Below are positions 34,395 through 45,111 of a stretch of 64,000 nucleotides of DNA, in pieces; the first letter of the stretch is position 1; every line of letters starts with the position of its first letter. The stretch is from IMG/VR virus record IMGVR_UViG_3300040801_004034, positions 124,001 through 188,000 of that record. One strand, written 5' to 3'. The position numbers were made by a program, and so were the translations under genes. Below the pieces are notes generated by a model. That model saw only the letters and a list, made by a program, of their open reading frames with translations. It was not told the DNA's origin and searched no databases.

Positions 34395-36158
34395 TTAAGC
34401 TACTGGCTCTTCTGGCACCGGTTCACCAACCGGTGTCTCCGGCTCTACTGGTATATCTTCAGTACCCCCTGCATCAGCTGGAGCTCCTCCGAAGTCAGGG
34501 ATTCCGCCACCTCCTCCGCCGAGGTCCGCTCCGCCGAGATCACCTTCTGCTCCTTCAACACCTTGCTCCATATTTTCTCTCCAGTCAGGACCACCTGCAG
34601 TAATTTGTGCAATTTCCCAATCAGTTTCAGCATCTTTACGACGTGCATGTCTATTAGCTTTAATACGGTCATCATCCCAACCAAGATAAAGCTTTTGTGC
34701 AAATGTTGGTGATATACTTTCATTACCAGCAATAGCATTAAAGTTGTCCATTCGTAGAGACAATTTCTGACTTTCACGCATTTCGTAAAAGTTAGTCGGT
34801 ACATTCATTGTAATATCAATGTTATGCGCTTTGATATCAAATTTCTTATCTAGCTTTTTAAGCTTAAGATGAGCAATAAATCCGTTTTTAAGACCGTTAG
34901 CAAACTGCTGCTGTAATCTGATAATAAAATTAGCAAATCTAAGTTCTTGTCTTAAGATTTCATTACCATCAGAAAAACCTTGTTCTGGGTTTATACGAGT
35001 ACCTGGCACTTTAAGTGCTTTGTAAAGCTTTTCGACGAAGTAAAGCAAGTCTGTAAGCTCACCGAGGTTTTGACCACCTTCAAGTTGTGTAACGGATGTA
35101 CCTTCACTACCAGTACGCTTTGCGAACCAGAAACTATCTAGCATACTTTGAGGATTGAATTTTTGTACTTGACCTTCTTGATTCGTGTCAAACGTCTTTT
35201 TGCTCCAATACTGCTGAATTAATTTACGGAGATAAGCTTCTGCTTTTGGTGGCGGAAGGTTACCGGTATCAACATTGAATACTAGACGTTCTGGTGCACG
35301 AACTAGACGATAGATTACAATAGAATCTTCAATAAGAGACAGCTGTCTATATGCACGTCTACCGTTTTCAATATGCGGCATTCTAAACGTCTTATCGTGA
35401 TTCCAAACACCAGAGTGTACATATGTAATTTGATTTTCTTCCATCGGAATCAAATCGTATCCGACAACCTTTTCAGGCTTCTGTGGATCAAAGATTGGTT
35501 TACGTAAAATATACCCTTTGATCATCATGTTTTGAATATTATCAAAAATAGGATCAATCAACTCACATGGTAATGTTACAGCACCTAAAATACCTTCATC
35601 TATATGATTGTTATGAATGATGTGTTCAAAATAAACTTCCCCTTCAATTAACAACTGTCTGAAATACTCGAACCCTTTCTTCTCTAACTCGAAATGATCT
35701 ACATATTTTTGAAATTCTTCTTTAAGTAAAGTTTCATATTCTGAATCGATTTCAGTATTTTTAATTTTAAGATAAGCTACACGACCTTCATCATCAAGGT
35801 TAACACACTCATCGCAAATTTCATCTAGTGCTGTTGCAACTTCAGCAAAGGCAGCCATAACTCTATACTCAGATAATCTACCACCTTTATTCTCATCGAT
35901 ATTAGAATAAACAAGCTGCGCATAATCACCATCTCTTGAAATAGCTGCTGCTCCTTGTTCATTATACCCGTTGTTATAAAATATACTATTCTTAGCTAGT
36001 GCTTCATTGCGATCCATGCCCAATTGCTGGAAAGCTGGGTATTTTGGATTCAGGTTGCCGAACACATTATCAAAGTCTACCGGTTGATATGGTAGTTTGT
36101 TTGTTAAATTCTTGAATAGGTCAGATTTAAAGAATCCTTTTTTATCGTCTTGAGCCAT
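34395..36158 (-). CDS. gp20: portal protein
   Basis: EDSIVIYRLVRAPERLVFNVDTGNLP; QSMLDSFW. Confidence 0.96.
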   Translation of the reverse strand: MAQDDKKGFFKSDLFKNLTNKLPYQPVDFDNVFGNLNPKYPAFQQLGMDRNEALAKNSIFYNNGYNEQGAAAISRDGDYAQLVYSNIDENKGGRLSEYRVMAAFAEVATALDEICDECVNLDDEGRVAYLKIKNTEIDSEYETLLKEEFQKYVDHFELEKKGFEYFRQLLIEGEVYFEHIIHNNHIDEGILGAVTLPCELIDPIFDNIQNMMIKGYILRKPIFDPQKPEKVVGYDLIPMEENQITYVHSGVWNHDKTFRMPHIENGRRAYRQLSLIEDSIVIYRLVRAPERLVFNVDTGNLPPPKAEAYLRKLIQQYWSKKTFDTNQEGQVQKFNPQSMLDSFWFAKRTGSEGTSVTQLEGGQNLGELTDLLYFVEKLYKALKVPGTRINPEQGFSDGNEILRQELRFANFIIRLQQQFANGLKNGFIAHLKLKKLDKKFDIKAHNIDITMNVPTNFYEMRESQKLSLRMDNFNAIAGNESISPTFAQKLYLGWDDDRIKANRHARRKDAETDWEIAQITAGGPDWRENMEQGVEGAEGDLGGADLGGGGGGIPDFGGAPADAGGTEDIPVEPETPVGEPVPEEPVA

Positions 36159-36200
36159 TGTAATTATTTAATTGTAACCACTGTTTTAATCAATACTATG

Positions 36201-37376
36201 TTATAGATCGTATGATATATAGTTACCAGAGAGGTCAGTTATAACCTGATCGAGATAAGTCACAATACCGATACCACTGTCTAACATCATAATATTCGTA
36301 TCACCAGCACTGAAAGATTGTGTATTTAGCGTGTAACTACTATCTGTGTATCCAGCATCATTAATTGTAACAAACACCACATCAAATGACGATGCTGCAC
36401 TTAATGATGGCAAGTCAAACATCAAAATATTATCATTTAAAACTGTCGGTATAATCTCTTGACCTGAAACCGGTGCTTGTTGAGATGTGAATCCTGATAC
36501 CGTTTTAACACTAGAGTACACATCCGGGTTATTCGATGATAATAATACAGTTTCAACATGATTGAAACCATACCCTTCAAGAGTTATATTACCTGTTGTA
36601 CCGTATGCTAATGGTAATCTAGTGAAAAGCTGTCGTTGACCGTAGTATATGCTTGTTATTTCAGGTGCACCGCTCAATACACGACGACTAATATCACCAG
36701 TATCAAGATCAGCTGATGTAATTAGATTAACATCGTAAAAGTTTTGTCTTATATTATGAATTTCACCTACTGGATCAGCTGTATCTTTAAACAACCATCC
36801 TTTAAGAGTGAAGTTCGTTTCAGAAACAACTCTATCCTTTTTTGATGAATCTCTATTTAGTTCATGCGTCGTTGATATATCACCGCTCCACAACACCGTT
36901 GTTCGAATTTCCTGTATGTTTGGAAGTTTAAATTGTATTGGCACCGGCCAACTTATAATAACATACGGGTCACAAAAAGGTATGAAATTCGATATAATCT
37001 GATCCATATCAGTATCATAACGCGACATAATTGCCATCGATATCTCAATATTTACCGGTACAGGGGCTTTAATATGTGAATGACTTGCTGCTTCAGTTAA
37101 ATCACTAAAGTACCCGCCGTCGATCTTATTACGTTGTCTGACGCTATCACGTTTTAACCCAGTCATATTAACACTCACAACCGGTAATGTAAGTGTTTTA
37201 TTCTCATTAACAATGTCGTGCATCACACGTTCTTTCGGTGCATACACGTATCTTACACTGATTCGATCTTGTTCAGAACGATTTTTGTTATAGCGACCAA
37301 TAACTATATCATCGAACGCAGCACAAAACTGCGTGATAATATCTGAAATTTCAAAATAGAATGGACGGGACTTCAC
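36201..37376 (-). CDS. gp15: tail terminator/sheath stabiliser with C-terminal extension
   Basis: FDDIVI, VYAPKER, LPVVSV, PVPVNI and DQIISNFIPFCDP. Confidence 0.85.
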   Translation of the reverse strand: MKSRPFYFEISDIITQFCAAFDDIVIGRYNKNRSEQDRISVRYVYAPKERVMHDIVNENKTLTLPVVSVNMTGLKRDSVRQRNKIDGGYFSDLTEAASHSHIKAPVPVNIEISMAIMSRYDTDMDQIISNFIPFCDPYVIISWPVPIQFKLPNIQEIRTTVLWSGDISTTHELNRDSSKKDRVVSETNFTLKGWLFKDTADPVGEIHNIRQNFYDVNLITSADLDTGDISRRVLSGAPEITSIYYGQRQLFTRLPLAYGTTGNITLEGYGFNHVETVLLSSNNPDVYSSVKTVSGFTSQQAPVSGQEIIPTVLNDNILMFDLPSLSAASSFDVVFVTINDAGYTDSSYTLNTQSFSAGDTNIMMLDSGIGIVTYLDQVITDLSGNYISYDL

Positions 37377-37384
37377 ACAATTAT

Positions 37385-37849
37385 TTAATCAACTTCCCAC
37401 GGGAAGTGAATCCAACTAGTGCCTGCATTTCCGCAGTGATATGTTTTAATATCAAATGTTGTATCATCACGTCTTAACAATGAGCAATATGTTACATTTA
37501 TTTGAGGGTAAAATGTGGATAAAAATACAGAAACTTTTCTGAATGTTTCTCCGGAATCATTAATATCATCCACAACAATAACATTTTTAAACATGTCTAA
37601 TTGCGGTGTCTGTTTAATACACCCAGCACCATCTCTCAAGCTAACTGAGAAATTAACGAGTTCATTACAACCGAACTTGTATGCTAACATAGTGGCAGGA
37701 ATTAAGCCGCCTCTACCTATTCCGATAACACAGTCAGTTTCAATCTCGTCAACTTTAAGTTGATTATGTAAATCAGTGATGTAATGATCTACATATTCCC
37801 ATGGTAAAGAAAACTTATCATGCGGTTTTTCAGTTTTAAATAAATGCAT
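37385..37849 (-). CDS. phosphoribosyltransferase
   Basis: GIGRGGLIP; VVDDINDSGET. Confidence 0.85.
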   Translation of the reverse strand: MHLFKTEKPHDKFSLPWEYVDHYITDLHNQLKVDEIETDCVIGIGRGGLIPATMLAYKFGCNELVNFSVSLRDGAGCIKQTPQLDMFKNVIVVDDINDSGETFRKVSVFLSTFYPQINVTYCSLLRRDDTTFDIKTYHCGNAGTSWIHFPWEVD

Positions 37850-38262
37850 ACTCTAAATTATGGAGTAAAGATACACTTAATCCATGTATGCATCATATGT
37901 ATTTTTAAAGTGTTTTAATAAAGACAGCTTATCATCAACTGCATAAACACCATTATCAAGCATACGCTTAATATCTTCAACACATCTTCGCATCAAATTT
38001 TCCAACTGTTCTAATCTCATTGAACCGTACCCTGGTACAAGAATTTCACTACTGTCGGAAATTTCTGATTCCTGCTCTACACCTGTACTTGCACTGTATG
38101 GTGATCCTTCCACTTTACCTTTACCTTGGAGACCAGGAAAAGCACTGGATGGTCCTTGACTATGAGGTGCATATTGACTATTTTGTCTTGTTTGATTGTA
38201 TGCACCAGGATAATTTTCCATGATTAATTCGTTATCGCTCTTTTCGATCATATCATTACTTA

Positions 38263-38712
38263 TTAGAAAAAGTCATCTAATCTTGATGCAATTTTTTCCC
38301 ATTCTTTACATTCATGTTCATATTTGTTATTTGCATATTTATCATGATCAATATCATCATTAGAGTCCGGAACGTAATCGACTACATCTCTTACAGGTGC
38401 TCTATCAATGTTGCATTGTATCCAGTGTTTAAATTCATGTACAATAGTCTGTATAACGAACTGTCGCTTTGTACGGAACACTCGAGCACCATAAAATTCG
38501 TCCCCAATCTGAATCTCGTTTGTACCCCATATATACCCAGAAACTGGTCCTGGTACGACAGAAATACTCAACGTATAAAACCAAATTTTAGTTGTTCTCT
38601 TATGATGATTAGCAAGAAATGATAGACAATTTTCTAAACGATGCTTCTTAATTCCGTATTCCTTTAGAAGTTTTCTAAACTTTGCATCATATTCTATCGA
38701 AATAACTATCAC
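38263..38712 (-). CDS. putative HExxH metallopeptidase
   Basis: IVHEFKHW. Confidence 0.5.
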   Translation of the reverse strand: MIVISIEYDAKFRKLLKEYGIKKHRLENCLSFLANHHKRTTKIWFYTLSISVVPGPVSGYIWGTNEIQIGDEFYGARVFRTKRQFVIQTIVHEFKHWIQCNIDRAPVRDVVDYVPDSNDDIDHDKYANNKYEHECKEWEKIASRLDDFF

Positions 38713-39132
38713 AGACTTTCAGTTCTATTTTCTTTTAAAACATCGATAAGTGTTCTGAATGATTTTCTTCCTGCTTCTTCAGCAGCTTCTTTACTTTCAA
38801 ACCCGAAATTGTACTTATCAGGGGGATATTGTTCTTTCTCAGATTCTGTTTCGTCTTTTACTGTATCGACTTTAAGGTATTTGAATGCCCATTGAGCACC
38901 TGCTATAAATGCCTTGTGAGCTTCCGTGGTAAACATGTCACCATCTTCAACCTTATCCATGCCGTTTTCTTCGCTATACTCATCTATGCCATAGCACATA
39001 GCGGTCCAATCATCAATAAAAAGATCTCCTTTTTTATAACACTCCTTACGACACTCTTCCCAGATTCGTATAAATCGTTCATCTGTAATTGGCTTCATAT
39101 TTTCCATAACTCTATTATAATATATTTTTATA

Positions 39133-39735
39133 TTATGTCCACATTTGCTTACGATTTCTGATAATCCAGCTCATGTAAAATTCTTCTTGTTTGTTTAGCT
39201 TTTCTTCAAGCTTATCATGGTGACTATAGCATTCTTCATATGAAAACTTAGATGGTTTCAATTTCTTTAATGATAGTTGATCGTCAATTTTACATGGTTC
39301 ATCTTCCCATTCAAGTGGTCCAGCTTTATTCGTTGCAGCTGTGAGTGCATCATCTATTTGTTTCTGTAATTTCGGTCGGCGAACCTTCACAAAATCATAA
39401 CAATCTGTAAGTTCTTTTGCAAACTTCTTATGATCATCACAATCATCATATGCGACCCGTTCAAAACATTCTTCACCTTCTACGAAATGAATAACACAAC
39501 CGAATAAAAATTCCTCGATAAGATAATCTTTATCATGCCATTCATATTTCGGAATGTATGTTCGTACCCAACGTTGTGGTGACTTGAAGAACTGCTTAAT
39601 GTAATCAAGCCAGTTCATTCGATATCGGGGTAGAATGAATCCCCACACATCATCAACGAAGAAGTCGTAAACATCATATACGAATTTCGGAAGATTATAC
39701 ATCCTCCATTCCATTTTGAATTTAAAATCGTTCAT
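39133..39735 (-). CDS. hypothetical protein
   Basis: 200-aa ORF in a co-directional run. Confidence 0.7.
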   Translation of the reverse strand: MNDFKFKMEWRMYNLPKFVYDVYDFFVDDVWGFILPRYRMNWLDYIKQFFKSPQRWVRTYIPKYEWHDKDYLIEEFLFGCVIHFVEGEECFERVAYDDCDDHKKFAKELTDCYDFVKVRRPKLQKQIDDALTAATNKAGPLEWEDEPCKIDDQLSLKKLKPSKFSYEECYSHHDKLEEKLNKQEEFYMSWIIRNRKQMWT

Positions 39736-40006
39736 TATGTTATTGGTTCAATTTCAAAACATTCGAGCCTTTGAAACAATTCGTTTTGTGATACAACCGT
39801 GATACCTTTTCCAGACAAGCTGAAAACATAAACATATAATGCGTGTATACCTCTGCTTCCAACAGTACGTTTGAATTCACATGTAAAGTAGATACAATCA
39901 CCTTCTTTAATATCACAAAAACCATAAGCTGTTGTTTTCTTTTTGATTGCAGTTACCCTATACTGGCCTGATTGAAATGGTATTGTTAATTCTTCCATAT
40001 AAAAGG

Positions 40007-40218
40007 TGAGGTTCAAGAACCGAAGTTCAACGAAAAGTTTCGCTGCTAAGTTTTTTGTTTTACGATTTTCGTTTTACAGTTTACAGAAGCTAAATTTTGT
40101 ATTTTAGATGTCGATATCTGTATATATACGAAGTCCGATTGGACCAGTTCATCAAGTCTCCGAAGAGAGTATGATAAGTGCTACTTGCTTTTCATACCCG
40201 CCCGATTCTATCCCCTCA
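40007..40218 (-). ncRNA. structured RNA with about 7-nt A-rich repeats in its loop
   Basis: UGAGG/CCUCA and AGAAUCGG/UCGGUUCU closing helices. Confidence 0.5.
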
Positions 40219-40222
40219 TAAA

Positions 40223-40666
40223 CTAAATTGATGTTGTTGCGTTGAAATCATCGACCTCGTCTTGAAGATCATTGATCTCTTCTTTGATCACTTGCAATCT
40301 TGCGTCAACATCATCTTGGGTAACAAAAGCTTCAAACACATCATATTCTTCAGGTGCATCGCGCGTGAATCGAGATTTACTAAACTTACCTTCTTTTGTG
40401 TCGAGGCATTCGAAAAAGCCTAGCTGTCCTTTGAGTTCAGCCATTCTGATCAGCTTAACTGCAATTGGTGCAGTTGCAACTTGAATTGCAGCCTTGAGAC
40501 TAATCAGTTGAGCAAGTTTATCATCAAGTTGAACGAACGACTCACTAACTTTAGTATGATTAAACTTATCTTCAAGCTGTGAATTCTCACGGTTAATGAT
40601 AGATTTAACTGTGTTGATCTCACCTACAAGGCGATTTTTAACTTTTAATGCTTTGCTTAATTTCAT
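40223..40666 (-). CDS. DIP1984/DUF6847-like coiled-coil protein
   Basis: MKLSKALKVKNRL...LQDEVDDFNATTSI; own GGAAC promoter at 40673-40688. Confidence 0.55.
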   Translation of the reverse strand: MKLSKALKVKNRLVGEINTVKSIINRENSQLEDKFNHTKVSESFVQLDDKLAQLISLKAAIQVATAPIAVKLIRMAELKGQLGFFECLDTKEGKFSKSRFTRDAPEEYDVFEAFVTQDDVDARLQVIKEEINDLQDEVDDFNATTSI

Positions 40667-41085
40667 AGTTGTATTATATCGTTGTTCCTATTATTTTTTA
40701 CCCTTTTCGTAAATTTCTTTCATTGTTCTTTTACATCCCACACAGTATGTTTTACACCTGCTTAGTTCACATTTTCGAATGCACTGTTTCATACATGTCT
40801 ATCCCAGAATATTCCACCTAACCATAGAAAGATGCATGAACGAGCTGTTTTTCTAATACGGAATTGATTTCTCGATACACGCTCGGTTGAACTTGGCGGG
40901 AATTTATCGCGAGTTATTTCAAAATTATTCCAAAATATCAGCGGAAGAATTTCCATCCCCGCTTCGATATTACCTTTACTGGTATAGAAATTAGCAACTG
41001 CAGTATTGCGGTTCTTCCAACCATAAAACTCGAACAATTCAATCTCGATAAATCTACCAGACTTCGTTGTAATATTCCACTTCAT

Positions 41086-41535
41086 TTACTCTGCTTCTTT
41101 TACCATAGCATCAAAGTCAATTGCATTAACAGCATTAACGATGATTACAGGTTCTTTCGTCTTTACACTGATATCTCGTTCAGTAAGAAGCTTTCTCTTT
41201 ACGTCTCCCATAGCGTTAGCAATGGTCTCCACTGGAATCTTCATGCCTTTACGTGTGAGATTGTGTTCAGCTGCTGCTTCTTTAATGCGTTTCACAACAT
41301 CAACATGCGGAACACTTTCAGGCGTCTGAACAATATACATTGGAATTTCAGCAATGTTTTCATCTTCACTCAATGCAACAATTACGAATTGCTTCGGCTC
41401 TTTTGGGAGAGGCGGCTCTTTTGCTGCTTCTTGTTCAGCTTCTGCTTTGCTGATAATTTCTGCTCGTGTCGGCAAGTCGAGTTGCGGATAATCTGCTAGG
41501 ACGCTTTCGAATATTTCTTTGTCTATTTTTTTCAT
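41086..41535 (-). CDS. hypothetical protein
   Basis: ORF after the promoter at 41548-41563. Confidence 0.7.
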   Translation of the reverse strand: MKKIDKEIFESVLADYPQLDLPTRAEIISKAEAEQEAAKEPPLPKEPKQFVIVALSEDENIAEIPMYIVQTPESVPHVDVVKRIKEAAAEHNLTRKGMKIPVETIANAMGDVKRKLLTERDISVKTKEPVIIVNAVNAIDFDAMVKEAE

Positions 41536-41584
41536 AAATTCTAAATGATTGTAACACTGTTCCTTCTTGAATAAATAATAAAAT

Positions 41585-42898
41585 ATGACAATTACAAAAT
41601 TTAGTCAGCTCGTAAAGCTCGTAAATGAAGAGTTTTACAAAGATGGTGATACATTAAAGTTTACAACAGATTCAAACGATGATAATGTATTGAAATTTAC
41701 TGATTCTTTAACAACAGTTAAAGGTGATAATTCAACATTTATAAGAAACAGGGGATTATCTCAAGGTAATTGGCATAGAGTGTATTATGGGTATGATGTT
41801 GTGGACGATACCGATATGAGAAAAAGTGTTATGAGAATACCGAAGACATTTACATCGGGTTCAGCTGATCCAAAATCATACGATTCAAACATAAATACAA
41901 CACATTATGATTATGATGCATTTACTGATAAGGAATATCAAATGTTAATAGATAGAGCAATTGATGGGTTCGTATCAAAACCATACACAGCTAAGACGCA
42001 TTATAATTTAATTGTGTATCCGAGTAGTAGATCACCTCATGTTATGGATATTGTACAGTCAATTCAAAATAAAATTGGTTATGAATTACCAGCTATAGAA
42101 CACAAAAAAATTCCTAATACAACAACAGGTTGGAAACAAATATTTGGATTAAATGACCCAGATAACAGTAAAAATATTGTCAATACGCTGTACAATAAAA
42201 TCTTCGGAGATGCTAATCATTCCAGTAATGTAGCAGCTACTGCAAAAACAGAAATAAATGATGCTGCAAATGCGGTAATGACAAACCATAAAAGCAATGA
42301 CGATAAATACATTTCAGTTGCAACTCATTTACGCGGTGCAGGTGAGCCGGTTTTAATACAACAAATAATCGATGCGTTAAACCAAAATGGGTTCTTCGAA
42401 AAATTTCCAGGTGCTAAACAACCTAAGCTAGGTGGTCATTTAGATCAATATGCAACTAATTCTGTATTCAGACAAGAAAGACTGAACAAAAAGCTTGGTG
42501 AGGATCAGCTTAATATTTTATTTGTGGATGATAATATTAATACAGGGGATACGTATAAGCAGTTACAAGCTGTAATTACAAAATCGCCTGATCAGCATTG
42601 GGATTTCTTTTACCTTATTAAAAAGGAAAGTTATGGAAATACAGAAGGTGATATTGGTACTGGGGAAATCGAACAGCTTGAATCACAAAAAGTTAGTATT
42701 TCAAAAACGATTTCCGATCTCAACCTTAGGCTCAAAAAATTGAACGATGTTGAAAATTTCTCTTCTATGGACCTTGGTTTGAGCGATATGAGACGAGAAA
42801 AGGAGCAAAAGGAAAAGACAAATCAGTTAGAATCACTTACAAACCAGCTTGCTGAACTTGAAAAGAAGATCAAGCAACTAAGCTGGCAGAGGGAATAG
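41585..42898 (+). CDS. hypothetical protein with PRTase-like motif and coiled-coil tail
   Basis: ILFVDDNINTGDT; TAAATA leader. Confidence 0.65.
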   Translation: MTITKFSQLVKLVNEEFYKDGDTLKFTTDSNDDNVLKFTDSLTTVKGDNSTFIRNRGLSQGNWHRVYYGYDVVDDTDMRKSVMRIPKTFTSGSADPKSYDSNINTTHYDYDAFTDKEYQMLIDRAIDGFVSKPYTAKTHYNLIVYPSSRSPHVMDIVQSIQNKIGYELPAIEHKKIPNTTTGWKQIFGLNDPDNSKNIVNTLYNKIFGDANHSSNVAATAKTEINDAANAVMTNHKSNDDKYISVATHLRGAGEPVLIQQIIDALNQNGFFEKFPGAKQPKLGGHLDQYATNSVFRQERLNKKLGEDQLNILFVDDNINTGDTYKQLQAVITKSPDQHWDFFYLIKKESYGNTEGDIGTGEIEQLESQKVSISKTISDLNLRLKKLNDVENFSSMDLGLSDMRREKEQKEKTNQLESLTNQLAELEKKIKQLSWQRE

Positions 42899-42899
42899 T

Positions 42900-43286
42900 T
42901 TAATCCCAATTCCAGGTTTCATAATACAAATCATCAACCTCGAACTCATCCCAGAATTCTTTACCGCATGTAGGACAGGTACCATATAATGTCTTCCAAT
43001 GACCAGGTTTATTAGGATATCCGGTCATACCACTTGTTCTAACCTTCATTTTAAGATCTTTATGTCCGCAATAATCGTTCTAGATCGTTTCAATTTCCTG
43101 TACGACTTGTTGCTGAACCTTCTTGATTAGATCTTGTTTATCATTTGTGGTATTAATTTGTAGTTGCAAGTAAAAATGATCTTGTTTACGGTGATCTACC
43201 GTAAACTTATCTTCCATCAAAGCATTCACATTTTTGACATGCACAAACCCTGTCTCTGAGATAGTTCTCCAATCAAATTTTCTCAT
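42900..43286 (-). CDS. zinc-ribbon protein with internal in-frame TAG (43080-43082)
   Basis: ...QEIETI*NDYCGH...GTCPTCGKEF read in one frame. Confidence 0.45.
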
Positions 43287-44161
43287 ACTGCAACCTCCGC
43301 CTTGATTGTACCCTGATGATTGTAATCGACGAGCTTCGAGTCTGAAAACTCCCAATCAAATACACTTGTAAAATTATCTGTCTGAAGCGTAGGCAACGCA
43401 AGCGGGCTACGTGACAGCTGTTCTCTTGCTTGTTCCACATGGTTCTCATACAGGTGTAAATCAGCTAGTGAACCACTTAGAACACCTGGTTTGAGACCTG
43501 CTTCTTTTGCTAGCAAATCTAGTAGCAAAGCATACGATGCAAGATTGAATGGTACCCCAAGGAATGTATCACAACTGCGCTGCGTCCAAACAAGGTCGAG
43601 ATATTCACCACGCTTCATAACTTGCCAAGAAAAATGACACCATGCAAGTGCTGTATGATCTAGACCGAGAGGATTCCAAGCAGTACAGACCATTCGACGA
43701 CATTCAGGATTGTTATGAAGTCGATAAACAATACTTTTTAATTGGTCAACACTTTGATGACCTTCATTACCGTAATGTCTTGCAGATGGATCATGAAAAT
43801 CTCTCCAACTAGCTCCATAAATACATGGACCGAGATCGTCTTCGGCTTTCATTTTAGCTTTAGTTTCATCATCGTTACCATATAGTACTTTATCTGGGTT
43901 ACACCATTCATCCCAAATCTTACATCCACGATCTTGAAACCATTTCTTAGATGTAACACCTTTAATGAACCCCTCGAGCTCAACCGCCATTGTTTTAAAT
44001 GCAAGACGTTTTGTTGTAAGTGCCGGAAATCCTAAACTCATATCATGTTGAATCATACGAGGTGGGATTTTATAAGTAGCTACACCGGTACGGTTTTGCT
44101 GAATGACATCTGTATCAAGAAGGTCTTGAAGAATTTGTAGGTATTGTGTTTCTGCGTTCAT
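43283..44161 (-). CDS. thyA: thymidylate synthase
   Basis: QRSCDTFLGVPFNLASY; DLHLYENH. Confidence 0.95.
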   Translation of the reverse strand: MNAETQYLQILQDLLDTDVIQQNRTGVATYKIPPRMIQHDMSLGFPALTTKRLAFKTMAVELEGFIKGVTSKKWFQDRGCKIWDEWCNPDKVLYGNDDETKAKMKAEDDLGPCIYGASWRDFHDPSARHYGNEGHQSVDQLKSIVYRLHNNPECRRMVCTAWNPLGLDHTALAWCHFSWQVMKRGEYLDLVWTQRSCDTFLGVPFNLASYALLLDLLAKEAGLKPGVLSGSLADLHLYENHVEQAREQLSRSPLALPTLQTDNFTSVFDWEFSDSKLVDYNHQGTIKAEVAV

Positions 44162-44162
44162 A

Positions 44163-44630
44163 TTAATCTTTAAAGTGTTCACGTACGGTATTTTCCATAA
44201 TCTGCTTTAGCTGACTATCGATATTGAACCGTTTGCTGTTGATATCCAAACTGGTGCGGATATTACCGTTTTTATTTCGTTGCGTAGCTGCTTTCCAGTC
44301 TGCAAGCATCTCGAGCAAATCGAGGAGTGTCATGTCATTAACACCATTCTCCCAGTGTTCAGGGTGGTGCCGGTTCTTTGCATAGTGGTTGTCAATAGCA
44401 GGTTGTACCTGCTTGAGAAGCTCATCATACTCAGGAGAACCATATTCTGTCTTAGCTAGTTCAGGAGTCTTTTCAGCAAAGATTGCTAGCTCCGGATCAA
44501 CAAACTTACTATCATCATGCTTTTGACCACGATCAATCAGATCATGTACAAACAAATTCAGATTCATTTGTACTTGACGGACATGTTTATGCGTCTCGTT
44601 CAGACAGTTTAATGTTTTATTATTGCTCAT
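44163..44630 (-). CDS. HD-like protein (DUF5662-like)
   Basis: KHDDSKF, HYAKNRHHPEH and EMLADW. Confidence 0.7.
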   Translation of the reverse strand: MSNNKTLNCLNETHKHVRQVQMNLNLFVHDLIDRGQKHDDSKFVDPELAIFAEKTPELAKTEYGSPEYDELLKQVQPAIDNHYAKNRHHPEHWENGVNDMTLLDLLEMLADWKAATQRNKNGNIRTSLDINSKRFNIDSQLKQIMENTVREHFKD

Positions 44631-45111
44631 ATTGTTTCATTCCTTCCGGTTTTGTATCCGACGACGGATAGCAGCTTCAATTCCGTCTTGTTCATCTGTT
44701 AACATTGCTTTAGCGTTATGTAAGATACTTTCAATATCATTTTCATCAAACCATTCTCTATCAACATCTAACCAACCAAGAATGTATTCTGCAATTTCAA
44801 ATTTAGTAAATTTCATTTTGTCTTACGATACATATCTGGATGATCCTTTTTATATTGTTCGAATTCCTCCTTTGTCATGTTCCATGGATCTGTTGGATCA
44901 GGAGCAAGATGATCAAGAATTTCTTCCGGGGAGTCACCGATCATGTAATACGGAATTGTACGATCACAAAGATTGTCTTCCTTACCTCCTTCGTCTTCTT
45001 GTTTGAGTCGAGCTCGAGCATGACGGCGAAGCATCTTTTTATCGTTCATGTCATCCCGCTCAATAAGAGATCCGCGCTTGAATTTATCCATACTGTATTA
45101 TAGAAGTGTTC

